A stretch of 64,000 bases of DNA, taken from Eledone cirrhosa (taxonomy: Eukaryota). Every line of letters starts with the position of its first letter. The first letter of the stretch is position 1. The position numbers were made by a program, and so were the translations under genes. Location of the stretch: the NCBI GenBank assembly GCA_964016885.1, contig OZ024740.1, positions 193,192,001 through 193,256,000 of the forward strand, written 5' to 3'. The notes under the pieces are model-generated. The model worked only from the letters and a program-made list of their open reading frames with translations. It had not been told where the DNA came from and did not search any database. Positions 51,305 through 64,000 of this stretch are shown piece after piece.

Positions 51305-52960
51305 TTGCTGTTCCACTCATATTTTCTATTTAATTTTGGTTTTAATTCTTTTATGCTTACTGCCTCTGTAATTTGCCTAAACATTGCGTCTTTTCTGTGT
51401 GTGGATTCTATTTTTATTTATATGCTCTCTAATCTACCCCTGTGTTCTATCTTAGCATGTTGGTAGAGCACAGATGATTCTTTATTATCTTGGAGGTCTC
51501 GCCGGTGTTCATTTATTCGTTCCCCTATACTACGAGCTGTCTCACCTATGTACACTATATTTTTGTTTCTACATTGTCCTTCAGTACATCTTATGCTATA
51601 CACTACATTTCTAGTTTTACAGTTAATATGAGGGCTTATTTTACAGGTTATACATTTCTTATCTATACATGAGGGTCTTTGGAACGGGTATGTCTTGCTA
51701 ATAAGTGTTTTTACGGAGGTACCAGGTCTTTCTACTATCTTAATATTGAGATTATGTTTCTTTAGGGCCCTTCTAAATTTGTAGGCTAGTTCGCCTCTAG
51801 GGGTTGTATTGATGAACATTACACTCTGGTATTTATTGCTATCATACCATGAGTTTATTCTATTGGCCCTGTTCCTAGTTCTTTCTATTCTCTTCCAAAA
51901 TTTGCTCCTATACAGGAGACAGGTCCCATTTATGTCATTATTTACCATTTTTTCCCATTTGGTTCTGGCTCCTTTATACACTCTGATTCTATCTCTCTGA
52001 TTGTAGCCAGAGAACTGCATACGGTGGATGAAGTGTTGTATGTGTCTCTCTAGTTCTTCGGGGTTGCACATGCGGGACACATTTCTCATCACCCGTACCA
52101 AATCCGCAATCAGTATGTTGATTTTGGTATGGTCCGAAATGGCCGAGTTTCGGTTGATCAGATGTTTGGAAGTCAAGGGTTTGGCATAATGGGAATGGAG
52201 AATTTGTTTTTGGTTGTTAATGGTATCTAACCAGAGCTCTGTGTCTAGTACAGGTAATCGATGGTTGGGGTGTCTACTTGGGTAGTCTATGGTAACTCTA
52301 ATGCTCTGGTGGATGGAGTTTGCTATTTGCTGGATGCTTTCCATTGTGTTTTTCTTTAGTTCCTGACTGTTCTTTAGTGGGGGTGTCTTAACTACGATGT
52401 TTATATCATTTACGTAGCGGGAGTACATTATCAGGGTTAAGCTGTCTTCTAATTGTTCATTAAGTTTTTGTTTAAGTCTACTGTCCCACCATACCATGAA
52501 TAAGTTAGCTATGTCGCCTGCAATGCTAACACCAATGGCTGCTCCTTCCTCTTGGGCATATGTTTTTCCATTAAATTTGAACATATGTTCCTTAAGGGTT
52601 AATTTTATGCTGGCCCCTACCGCATGTGCAATCATTTTCTTCAGTTCATCGTGGTTTTCGGGTGTCCGTATGGCTCTGGTCCACCCGTTCCATCTATCTG
52701 TGTGGGTTTTCTTGGCCATTGAGGTAATGGTAGGTGGTCTGCCTCTTGCTGGTCTTGTAGGGCACAGATTGCTAAGGTCATAAGTGTCTAGGTAACTATT
52801 ACTATGGGTAAGCTTAAGTAGAAGTCCCAGCTCACTGGTATCAATCCCACGGAACTCAACCTTGCTCTCGCTGATCATTTCTACGCATTTCTCCACAGCA
52901 AAATCCACGTCAATAGATGGATACAGGGAAACAACATCCATACTGCCTATTATGCAGTTT
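51305..52960 (-). pseudogene. PLE RT + GIY-YIG endonuclease (507-aa ORF 51418-52941; catalytic YVDD mutated to YVND; C-terminal frameshift)
   Basis: GSMDVVSLYPSID, QEEGAAIGVSIAGDIANLFMVWWD, YSRYVNDI, LPVLDTELW, HYAKP, FSGY, VERPG, C....C..C, NVVYSIRC..YIGETARSIGERINEH; after the shift, DAMFRQITEAVSI..EW. Confidence 0.92.
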
Positions 52961-53209
52961 GTTAGGTCCCCAGATCGGTCACCCGCGCCGATTCTGCTGT
53001 TAAAAAATTAACAATTAGAAATTAAAAAAATTTTAAAGTGAGAATCCGGATTGAGGTGAGTAAAATAATATAGATTGAAGTAGTAGACCGGAGGGGGTGA
53101 ATTGGTACTCACAGGGGAACGGATGAAGAACCCAAAAGCACACACTTCATCCGTTCCCATGTCGATTCAATTTGGATTACCTCGGAAACATAACCTTATT
53201 ATGTAACAA

Positions 53210-53283
53210 GCTGTCTGATGATGTCCCGACACTCGCACACAGAACAGCGTGGCCAGTGTCGTCATTGAAATATATATCACAGC
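53210..53283 (+). ncRNA. Hammerhead ribozyme in the inverted 5' pLTR copy
   Basis: GCTGT-CTGATGA-..CGACACT..AGTGTCG..-GAA-ATATATAT-C-ACAGC. Confidence 0.85.
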
Positions 53284-53408
53284 ATTATTATTAAAGGACT
53301 TGAACATCTGAAACTATTTCGCTTTTCCTTATTAGATATTTACTCCGTCACTCCTATGTGGACAAAGTACGTTGAGTGCTTGAATTGAATTGCATCAATG
53401 TTTACCCT

Positions 53409-53449
<41 letters not shown>

Positions 53450-53484
53450 CACACATACCCATACATATACACATACGCACACAT

Positions 53485-53523
<39 letters not shown>

Positions 53524-53551
53524 CGCATATATATATATATAAAACATACAT

Positions 53552-53628
<77 letters not shown>

Positions 53629-54148
53629 CATATACATATATATATATATATATATATGATGGCTGCCTCCTCCTTATCGAGTATGGCCATTGCACGAGGA
53701 GAAAAAAAATAATAATAAATAAAGAAGAAAATAAAAAAAAGGAAATACATATATATATACACACACACACCCATACACACCTCACACCCATACACACACA
53801 CACCCATTCACACACACACATATATATTTATACATACACACATATACATTAACAATAATAATAATAATAATAATAACAACAATAATAATAACGACAACAA
53901 CAACAATAATAATATACATATACCTATATATATATACACACACACGCACACGCATAAACATATCTATACACACAAACACATACACACACGATAGCAACTA
54001 ACAGCGCTGCGATCGAATGTGGCTTTTTTAGCCTAGCCAATGATCTAAAATGTCTTGCACAGAGTCGGCAACCAAAACATTCATATATATATATATACAT
54101 ACATATATACATACATATATATACATACACATATACACATACACTTAA

Positions 54149-54190
<42 letters not shown>

Positions 54191-54296
54191 AAATACACAA
54201 ACACACATAAACACATAAATATTTATATATATATACATGCATACACACATACACATACACATACATATACATATATACATATATACATATATCTAC

Positions 54297-54359
<63 letters not shown>

Positions 54360-54456
54360 TACATATATATACACACATACATACAAATACATACACTTAT
54401 ATATACACATATATACATATATATATACACACACATTTATATATATATAGAGAGAG

Positions 54457-55535
54457 AGAATTTAGTATATCTACCAACATATGCGTCCAGATGTACACTA
54501 ATGCTTGCAAATACATAAGTTATGTCATAGTACCTAGGTGGTTCAATGCAGGAGGATGCAGAACAATAATATGAAAGACGTAAAATAAGAAAATTTAAAA
54601 AAAATTAAAAATTAACTTGCTTACTAAAATTTTCACTCCAACTAATTAGTTTCTGTAATGGGATAAAAATAGTTACGTAATATAACCATCGAGAATTCAT
54701 TACGTCATTATGGAGTCTATTCTCAGCTAAGTCTCCAGGCAATGCACGGACATTGGGGACTCATATAAAAATAATAATAATTCGGTGGATGGAACAGCTA
54801 GCGGGGATTGGATTCCATGCACTGAAAAAGTTCGCTGTCTCTGGTCAAATGGCAGATTCTAAAGAATCAATCACGTGACACTGAGTCTAGTCGGAAGGAG
54901 TGGCTTGGTAAGATGACAGAAGCCTACAACCACACCAATGAATTAGTAGTGGTTTTGGCAGGTTTTCTCGACAAATAAATAATTTGGAGATAAATATAGA
55001 GAATTTAGTATATCTACCAACATATGCATACAGATGTACACTAATGCTAGCAAATACATAAGTTATGTCATAGTACCTAAGTGGTTCAATGCAGGAGGAT
55101 GCAGAACAATAATATGAAAGACGTAAAATGAGAAAATTTTAAAAACATTAAAAATTAACTTACTTACTAAAATTTTCACTCCAACTAATTAGTTTCTGTA
55201 ATGGGATAAAGATAGTTACGTAATATAACCATCGAGAATTCATTACGTCATCAGGGAGTCTATTCTCAGCTAAGTCTCCAGGCAATGCGCGGACACTGGG
55301 GACTCATATAAAAATAATAATAATTCGGTGGATGGAACAGCTAACGGGGACTGGATTCCATGCACTGAAAAAGTTCGCTGTCTCTGGTCAAATGGCAGAT
55401 TCTAAACAATCAATCACGTGACACTGAGGCTAGTCGGAAGGAGTGGGTTGGTAAGATGACAGAAGCCTACAACCACACCAATGAATTAGTAGTGGTTTTG
55501 GCAGGTTTGCTCAACAAATAAATAATTTGGAAATA
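54457..55535. repeat. Two tandem direct copies of a ~540-bp non-coding unit
   Basis: agaatttagtatatctaccaacatatgc ... acaaataaataatttgga.ataa at ~54457-54995 and ~55000-55535, highly similar. Confidence 0.9.
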
Positions 55536-57442
55536 AGCCGTAGTGTCTAGCAACCATCATTGCTCGTTTGTTCAACACTGACATAGGAACGCTGTACTAG
55601 TTTCCAGATTATTAGCTATGGTCAGCAACGTATACTGTCCTGCCAGATGATTGACAGTCTAACAAGCGATCTGCTTTCTTCTTTTTTTAAGAAAGGGGAG
55701 CTTTTATAAAATACTTACCATGTAGAATGTGTTACTGCAAACATGTTCGTGAGTCATGATATTAATATTGTTCAACATACCGGTTTGACATGTATGCTGT
55801 GATAATTCAAACAATTTTCCATGTTTGAGCAGTCCTACGAACATACTTTCAACATAATCTATTAGATTTACTTTCACTTACTTGTCTTCCGTTGTTTTCA
55901 ACGATATACAGTAAACGTATACGACAGACACCCGTTCTCGTGGCAAAATTCTCAGGTGAAATCAATGTGATATATGTGAGAAAGCTGGAATTTTGAATTA
56001 CTAAAAAATATACTCGACGGAGTTCTCCTACAATACATTTCCATCACACGGCTTCGGTCTATTTGAGGGAAGGATAAAAATAGCCCAGATAACATGCAGT
56101 GTAAACAAACCTTACACATCAGGAAAGCGAACGACTTAACAGTACAGCCATGAGCATCATGATTATGTTTATCTTTCTTTACATTTATAAGGTATGATTT
56201 GACAGAGAGATGCTTGCTATTTTAGGCGTGGTTATCTTATTCGCTCGTGCTAATTAATGTACAACGTTAAACTGTAAACTGAATAACATTTGTAGAAATG
56301 TCGCCAAATTTTGGAGAACTCTAATTCACAATAATTTGAAAGCGGTATTTCTGAATGACGATATCACCGTTAAACATTTACAAAACTTTTTACGAATTTA
56401 TATATTAAACATCGATTAAATATCGCTAAGACAAAATGATTTTAACATTTCTATTTCTTAAAGTCGTCTTCACCTCCCGATTACGTTTCAGAGTACACAA
56501 ACTAGTTGTGTCTTTTGATATTGGTTTGGTTTTACTTTTGATTGGAAATTCTTTCAGAATTGTATGTTTTGAACATCGGCAATGATTATTATACAAACAA
56601 TGTAGCCCAAGCCGTAAGTAGTTTGAATTTAGTGTCAGTGTTTTTAGTATAAGGTTTTCTGGTGAGGGTACAGATTTAGGATTTACTATTTGGAATTAGA
56701 ATGTAGCTTTAGTGTTGAACAGAAAATTCGTGAGAATGTTTTTTTGGCTTTTAGAAAATCATAATGTTTTAAACCGAAATCTGTAGAACTTATTTAAACA
56801 AAATTTAAAATATAAATATTACAGTAAACTACATGGTGTCCTTTCCAAAATTTCTCCAATTTTAAAGCATTATAGAATTTCATTTATTTTAATTATTTTG
56901 TAACTATCAAATGATTCCATATATATATTTGGTAGCCGTTGCACGATATCTACTAGACACTTCTTTTATGATTCAAATTGTAACGTGAACATATCAAATA
57001 TGAGAAATATAAAGAACTCCTTCATATTTCCAACCGCAAAATCAATTGCAGGACATTTTATGGCGAAATAAAATGCTACAGCGTAAAACTGATAGATAGC
57101 TCATGCACACACACATACAAAAAACACTTCTACTCAACATATACTGGGATTGTCTCCCTTTCAAAACCTCACCAACATCTAAGATCATCCCTGACGAGTA
57201 TTTCCCAAAATTGGGTGACTGAACACGTGTTCCCCTCCTCAAACAAATGTTCCGTTTCTTCCTCTTCTCAAACTCCTTTATTTTTCTATTTCTTCTTTAA
57301 TTTCTCATTCTATCTCCTGATGGATGAATTACTAGCATCAGAAGCGTTCAGCCAATTTTCCTACAATATATAAAGGGTTAAACTAATGCATATTTTTTAT
57401 TGTATTCTATTATTTAATTTGTAGGTATCCGTTTACTTTTCG

Positions 57443-57499
<57 letters not shown>

Positions 57500-57689
57500 A
57501 ATGTAATAAATGTAATCTGAGGTTTTCGAATTTGATTCGTTTCCAATTATGCGAACAAGCCTCAGTGTTATAGCCATATCAGTAGAATGCAGATCTATTC
57601 GCATGCCAACACAAGAGCAAGAATGAAGGGTGCATTCTACTGACATAGCTATAAAATTGAGGCTTGTTTGCATAATTGCAAACGAATCG

Positions 57690-57870
57690 ATGGCAGTATC
57701 GGTAGAGAGTCAGACGCCATGCCTTCCAGCATAGTTACGTCCCTTTACGGTCTGAGTTCGAATCCCGTCGAGGTTAAATTTGCCTTTCATCCTTACGAGG
57801 TCGATAAAATAAAGTACCAGTAATGTACTGGGTAATTGCTGGCCTTGTGCCATAAGTAGAAACAATTATT
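57690..57870 (+). mobile_element. tRNA-derived SINE with Meta-like central domain
   Basis: A-box-like tggcagtatcggtagag, B-box gagttcgaatcc, then gcctttcatccttacgaggtcgataaaataaagtaccag and tail ggccttgtgcc..tagaaac. Confidence 0.75.
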
Positions 57871-57949
57871 AATATTCGAAAAACTCAGATTAGCTTTATT
57901 GTATCCAGCCATGTAGAGCGAAACTTTCTTATATATATATATATGAAAT

Positions 57950-59515
57950 AAAATAAATAAGTCAAATGTTTACAATTTGACTTCGTTTATTACTGCTATA
58001 TATATTTCGCTGATAGCCATCCTTGGCTGTGACCTCTTCAGGCAGTCCGAATTAGTGTGGTAGAGACGAGTACACATGTTGTTGAGGTGTTTAATTTTGT
58101 CAATTCTCTGATATGCCCAGTTTCTGGTTGGGTTGTTATTTCACTGAGGAACTGGAATCATATGAATTTAAACAAACGAATTTCAGATCAAAGGACATCT
58201 TACTCTCTCATTGGTCAGTTGTGAGGACATTCCTCAGTCAAAAGTCTATAGAAATTCGTTCTGAGGCGAGGCAATGTGTAGTGGTTGTTCTTGCTATTGT
58301 TAAGTACATCTGACCTCTACTCTTATGTTGGTAGTGTTGTTGGTGTTTGAGTCAGCTAAAAAAAAATGATAAAGTGATAGAAGGAATAAGATGGTAAAGG
58401 AACAAAATAAAATAATCAAATAAAATATGTGTGTGTTATACCCAATCTCAATGTTAGAAAGATTTGTAAGGTCACTCCTCCCATTGGTCAGTTTTGAGAG
58501 CATTCCTTAGTCAAAAGTCTATAGAAATTCTTTCTGGGGTGATACTACCTGTAGTGTTTGTTTTAGCTATTGTTAAGTACATCTGACCTCTGCCCTAATT
58601 CTGGTAGTGGTGTTGGTGTTGTGGTCAGCCTAGGTCTTTCTGCTGCTGACATTTAGAAGTTTCTGTGTGTGTTTCTTCATCCATCCTGCCACCATTTCTC
58701 GTGGTGGTGGTGGGGGGGGTGTCATGCATATGAAGATATAGAAGGCAATACAATGAAGAAAACAGAAAATAACTAATGAATAGAAAATTAATGAAAACTG
58801 AATAATGAAAAATGGAAAATAAAAATGAAGATTCAAATAAAATAAAATGTGAGTGTGCTATAATCAATCTCAAAGTCAGAAAGATGTTGGATAAAGTGGT
58901 AGGAGGAACAAGATGGTAAAAGAGTAAAACAAAATCAAATAAAATGTGTGTGTGTTATAACCAATCTCAACGTTATAACCGTACTCTCTAGCCTGGTCCA
59001 TAATCAGGAAAGTACCACCCGATAAAAGCGGATCTGGCATATGCAAACTATGTCTGAACGAGACCCTCCAGATACTAAGAGGTGGAAGACGCCTGATAAG
59101 CCTCAGAACCGACTTCTTCGGGACATGCAGACACCTCAGGGCCGGGACTTTCCTCAAGATATATGGACAGTAACAACACAATGAGATGTTAACTCCCCTC
59201 AAGCTATAGGGACTTCTCCAGAACATGTAGACACCTCTCGGCCGGACCTCGCTCAAGCTATATGGGCAGTAACAACACCATAGTTTGGGAACTCCCTTCA
59301 AGCCATAGGGACCCACCCAGGCTGAACAGACACCATGATAACCTAGAGACTGATTCTGACACAGCCTTTCTAATTTGGCCAACATCTTTATAACACACAC
59401 ACATTTTATTTTACTTGAATCTTCATTATTTTATTGTTCATGTATTTTTAATTTGTTTTCTGTTTTCTTCACTTTATTGCCTACGATTTCTTCATATGCA
59501 TGGCACAACCCCCAC
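57950..59515 (-). mobile_element. Rearranged PLE-like 3' region: internal tandem duplication and inverted arm
   Basis: ~58200-58350 repeats at ~58475-58625; ~58720-58950 is inverted at ~59365-59515; hammerhead at the left end. Confidence 0.55.
57993..58045 (-). ncRNA. Type-I hammerhead ribozyme
   Basis: CUGC-CUGAAGA-Ggucac AGCCA agga UGGCU aucagC-GAA-AUAUAUAU-A-GCAG. Confidence 0.8.
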
Positions 59516-59519
59516 AAAG

Positions 59520-60279
59520 GAATGCTGTACTAGTTTCAAGCTTATTAGCTATCTTCAGCAACGTATACCTTCCTGCCAGATGGTTGAACGTCTGAAAGCA
59601 TATACTTTCCTGATGCATATTAACGGCTGAGCAGCCTAATTTGCATATCGAGTGAGTTTGTTGAACACATGAGCAACGATGGTTGCTAGACACTGTACGG
59701 CTTAATTCGGGATGTTTGTTTACAAACACACCGAGCATTATAATAAATGTTCGGTGAATCCATAAGTACATATATATGTGTGTGCATGTATGTATATATA
59801 TATACATACTACTGTACGTCTGTATACATATATGTATGTACGTATACATACTTATATTTAAGTAACAGCCGTACTAAGAGTGAGAAATGAAATTTCGTTT
59901 CATTTTTTCCGTTTATCGTTTTCGGTACCCTGGCCGATTAACACACTCGATATGAAAATTAGGCTGCTCAGCCGTTAATATGCATAAGGAAAGTATATAA
60001 ATTCAGACGTTCAACCATCTGACAGGAAAGGATAGGTTGCTGACGATAGCTAATAATCTTGAAACTAGTACAGCGTTCCTTTGTCAGTGTTGAACAAATG
60101 AGCAACGATGGTTGCTAAACACCGTACGGCTGAATTCGGGATGTTTGTTTACAAACACCCCGAGCATTATAATAAATGGTCGGTGAATCCATACGTACAT
60201 ATATATGTGTGTGCATGTATGTATATATATATACATACTGCTGTACGTCTGTATACATATATGTATGTACGTTTACATA

Positions 60280-60285
<6 letters not shown>
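59520..60285. repeat. Composite inverted and direct repeat family (related segment at 55536-55660)
   Basis: 59520-59655 is inverted at 59945-60080; 59660-59855 repeats directly at 60088-60283. Confidence 0.75.
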
Positions 60286-60324
<39 letters not shown>

Positions 60325-60330
<6 letters not shown>

Positions 60331-60935
60331 GAATGTTTGTATAGTATATTTGGCAATATACTGTATGTTTATTTAAAAACATTTGGAAGACCATATCCTA
60401 TCGGCTTTAGAGGAGTGGCTACGTCACTTATTTCTTTTCGGCGAAATCAGGGATAGAACCTAACAGTCTGTTTCACGCTGTTTGGCGATCATCAGAGCTG
60501 GTTCAGCAAAAGTAAGGAATTAAGATTGGTGCTCTGAAATAGCTATGTATACATGAATGTATGTATAATATATTTGGCAATATACCGTATGTTTAATTAA
60601 AAATATTAGAAGACCATACGCTATCTGCTTTAAAGTAGTGGCCGGCAATCACTATGTATAATCAGCTCCTGGTTATTACTGGAATTATATATGATTCCAG
60701 CTTCTATAATTTTCGGCGGAAGCAGGAAGTGCGTGGCTCTGATGATCGCCAAGCAACGTGAAACAGACTGATAGATTCTACCCCTTCTTTCGCCGAAAAT
60801 AAATAAGCGACCTAGATACTCCTTTAAAACCGATAGCGTATGGTCTTCTAAATGTTTTTAATTAAACATACTGTATATTGCCAAATATACTATACATACA
60901 TTCATGTATCCATCGCGATTTCAGAGCACCAATCC
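60325..60935. mobile_element. Fold-back pLTR element with hammerheads
   Basis: 60737-60935 is inverted relative to 60330-60497 and 60525-60635. Minus strand 60459-60498 reads CU-CUGAUGA-U CGC caaaca GCG U-GAA-ACAGACUGU-U-AG; plus-strand copy at 60736-60774. Confidence 0.78.
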
Positions 60936-60941
60936 TTATAC

Positions 60942-60977
<36 letters not shown>

Positions 60978-61414
60978 ATATTTATATATATGAGGGAATA
61001 ATAATATTATATTCTAAACCATAATAAAGGAATTGTCTGCGGGATTGCGTACTGTTTTGTTTTTATCCCGTTTGTAAAATAATTTGGATTACTTTGAATA
61101 AATAACGAATTAATATTACATCATTTATCTACTCAATTTCGTAAACAAAATTAATTTCGTAAAAATAAATAATTTCAAATTGACTTCTTTTCAAAGTTGC
61201 GCTTCCGGTATATCGACGCCACAACCACTACTTCAACTACCATATATATAGAAAGAGAGAGTGTGTGATGAGGGAGATATAGAGATTATGACATTCTACA
61301 GGCTGACGCGTATGATTGTGTACATGCATATATATGTATTAGTATATAAATAGTATGAGTATATAACTATAATCGCGCAAACACAAACTTATAAAAATAC
61401 ACACTCATGGACAT

Positions 61415-61625
61415 AATTCACACAAATACACAAATTTTCACACAAATATACATACATTCACACATACTTTCACACAAGCATACATACATTCACATATACT
61501 TTCACACAAACATACATACATTCACACATACTTTCACACAAATATACATACATTCACACATACTTTCACACAAATATACATAAATTCACACATACTTTCA
61601 CACAAACATACATACATTTACACAA
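61415..61625. repeat. ~32-bp minisatellite (cacacaaatatacatacattcacacatacttt)n
   Basis: About 6 tandem copies read directly. Confidence 0.9.
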
Positions 61626-61769
61626 ACACACACATACAGTCATGATAGCGTTCGGTTTAATTGGAGATGGGAGGGTAAAACAAGTATAACGTTTTATTTA
61701 TGTATTAACTCTTTTTTTTTAAAAACTCATTTAATATAATATTTATAGAACGAAAACGCTAACAAATAT

Positions 61770-61890
61770 AATTGTTTCTACTTTTGGCACACGGTCAGCA
61801 ATAATCCCAGTGTATTATTGGTACTTGATGTTATCGACGCCGTAAGGATGAAAGGAAAAGTTAACCTCGGTGGGATTTGAAATCATCAAT
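61770..61890 (-). mobile_element. SINE copy (same family as 57690-57870)
   Basis: Reverse complement of ttcaaatcccaccgaggttaacttttcctttcatccttacggcgtcgataa..gtacca..gtgcc..tagaaacaatt. Confidence 0.7.
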
Positions 61891-62139
61891 TCAGGACAAC
61901 CCAGATGGTTCCAAAATTGAGGGGATGTTTGCCCGGGCCAAAGCTCTTTAGTGGTAATAGGGCAGTGTGTGTATGTGCGCGCGCGTGAGTTTGTCAGCGT
62001 TCTTAAATTAGAAAACATGTGTGTGTGTCACTGTTTTTAAGTTAGTCATATAAATGTATGTATCCCTTTCCTTCCTTTTACACATACACGCATTCACACA
62101 AACACATTGTGTGATGGACGGGTAGACAAAAGTCCCTCA

Positions 62140-62770
62140 ATGTATATACATGTGAATGGAGTTCTACTGAAGCAGTTAGAGGAATTCAAGTATATTGGAG
62201 CCGTCTTCATGAGTGATGGAATGCAGGATGTTGAATTAAGTGCAAGAATTGCAAAGGCTGATGCAGTAATGCGCCAGCCTTAGTATTCAGCAATCAGAAG
62301 AAAGGGGTAGGCGTAAAAGCCAAACTCGTTTTCTTCCTGGTATTCCTGCCAACTCTTACCGAGGATCATGAATCTTGAGTAATGGCCAAAAGAATACAAT
62401 TGCAAATAAAAACGGCAGAAATGGAATTCCTCGAAGGGTCTTTGGAGTAAGGTTACTCGATAAAGTGCATAGCTCAGAGACAAGAGAGTCACTCCTGGTA
62501 GAGCCGCTACTTCTCCGAATTAAGGGATCACAACTCCGATATTATGAGCATGGAGTTAGAATGTCTCAGTAAAGAATCGCTGGACACATTTTACAGGCAA
62601 AACCAACTGGCAAGAGACCCAGATGTAGACCCTGAGCAAAATAGTTGCATAACATCCATGAGCTGAATCAGTTAGAGATGTTTGCTACTGACAGACTCGC
62701 TGGAAGGAGTGTTTGAGAAGGACTCTGCTAACCCACGACCTTCTCAGAATTAAGTGGGTGAAGAAGAAGA
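62140..62770 (+). mobile_element. RTE-clade LINE 3' fragment
   Basis: EEFKYIGAVFMSDG..ELSARIAKA..AEMEFL..VRLLDKVHSSETRESLLVEPLLLRIKGSQLRYYEHGVRM..KPTGKRPRCRP; short (GAA)n tail. Confidence 0.82.
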
Positions 62771-64000
62771 TATTGTCAATTTACTTTTCAATTTACATAT
62801 ATCTATATGCACATATATTTGCGTATAATACCAATAAGCACACTATATATGCTAGCAGAAAACCGCTCGTGGGCGGTTTTTCTGCTAGTATCATTAATAT
62901 TCGGTTCGTTTGCAAGCATAACAACATGTGTGTTTTCCAGATGACTGACCTCGTCATTTTGCACCAGCAGTAGCAGAAAAACATAGTCGATAATTTTTCG
63001 GAATTATTGGCCCTTATCAAGACTATATATTCTCTCGCCACTGCTACACGCTGAAGCTGCAGAGAATACATAGTATTCTCAAAGGTATACATCAGCTGAT
63101 TACCATAATTTGCGTACCATGTGTATTTATTTGTGCGTGTGCATGTGTGCGTGAGCGTCTGAAACGTAGAACATTATTATAATAGAAGTCGATAACTATA
63201 AATAACATCTGAAAGAAAATAGTGTAAAATGCTCTTCCAGACGAGGAAGTGGTGACAGATATGCCTCCGATTAATCTAGCATAAACTCACTCGACATCGT
63301 GCAAATTCGTAAGCCCGTAGGGAAAGTGGCATTGACACTTTTTTGCATTACTTTTAGAATGTTAGAAGACATGTTGTTAGCAATGTAAACACACATTAAG
63401 GTTAAAGTAGGGTTGGGTGATTTTAATATTTGAAATTATGAGCGTTATAAACGCAGCACAGCATACTGTTCTTTGAATTATTATAATATTGTTTGTATAA
63501 AATATTTTGTAATGTATGCAAAAGTGTTTTGGCTAATATTCTTATCATTATAATTAATATTATTATGAAATTGGTTGTTCTTTAGGTTATTAAACAATCA
63601 ATGGAGTGAATACGTCTGTATTCTATTTTCTACCAGTGAAATCAAGTAGTTTTCGAGACAATAATTTTAATTAGCGCATTCTATCCTCAGTTGTTTGAAT
63701 AGTAATTATGAAAATTAGCTTCAGAGGCTATGAATTTAATGGTGTCTCAGATATGAATTCGTTTGTTATCATCTTAAGCATGGATGGTATAACACTTTAA
63801 ACATAGTGTTTGTATTCTATTAACGTTCTCTAGTTACCAATAGAATTGCATTACAGAAATATTAATTAATAGATTTTATGAGCGACAAAGGTGACCGAAC
63901 AGAAGATTGCCGGAGTAATTCAATTACATTTGTTAATTCAGTCCTTCTCGCTTTTTAAAGTTTTAATTCGAACAAGATTAACTTTAACTGCCAATTTTCT

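Larger units (their letters stand above)
50127..53335 (-). mobile_element. Penelope-like retroelement (second lineage), 5'-truncated with inverted pLTR
   Basis: 50127-50375 is the reverse complement of ~53085-53335; internal RT + GIY-YIG on the minus strand. Confidence 0.9.

Noticed and set aside
61415-61625. Regular 32-bp repeats as a CRISPR-like array
   Set aside because: Contiguous tandem units without unique spacers in a eukaryotic context; an ordinary minisatellite.
62941-63084. Possible 144-nt exon (ttttccag| ... aaag|gtatac)
   Set aside because: All three frames contain stops; it cannot be supported as coding without transcript data.

Overview
AT-rich, microsatellite-laden eukaryotic (animal) genomic DNA, probably intergenic or intronic. 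The SINE, RTE, Dong and Penelope content and the (TA)n density suggest a cephalopod such as octopus, but this is inference only. I see no supportable host gene; nearly all 'YIYIYI' and 'CVCVCV' ORFs are microsatellite artefacts. Two retroelement systems dominate. (1) Penelope-like elements (PLEs: RT + C-terminal GIY-YIG) sit in (TA)n tracts: two large decayed copies (14.3-17.5 kb +, 50.1-53.3 kb -), a ~3.8-kb GIY-YIG-bearing palindrome (8.3-12.0 kb) and about a dozen short fold-back or solo pLTR elements. By eye these carry about nine to ten sequence-distinct minimal type-I hammerhead ribozymes, mostly with palindromic helix III, including core variants (CAGUUGA, CCGA[A/G]GA). (2) A head-to-tail array of seven R4/Dong-clade RLE non-LTR retrotransposon copies (24.6-42 kb, all minus strand), each 3' end abutting (TAA)n; the two longest copies have candidate pseudoknotted 5' UTRs. 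Also present are RTE and Tx1/L1 fragments, tRNA-derived SINEs, direct-repeat units and minisatellites. All structures were read by eye and need computational confirmation.
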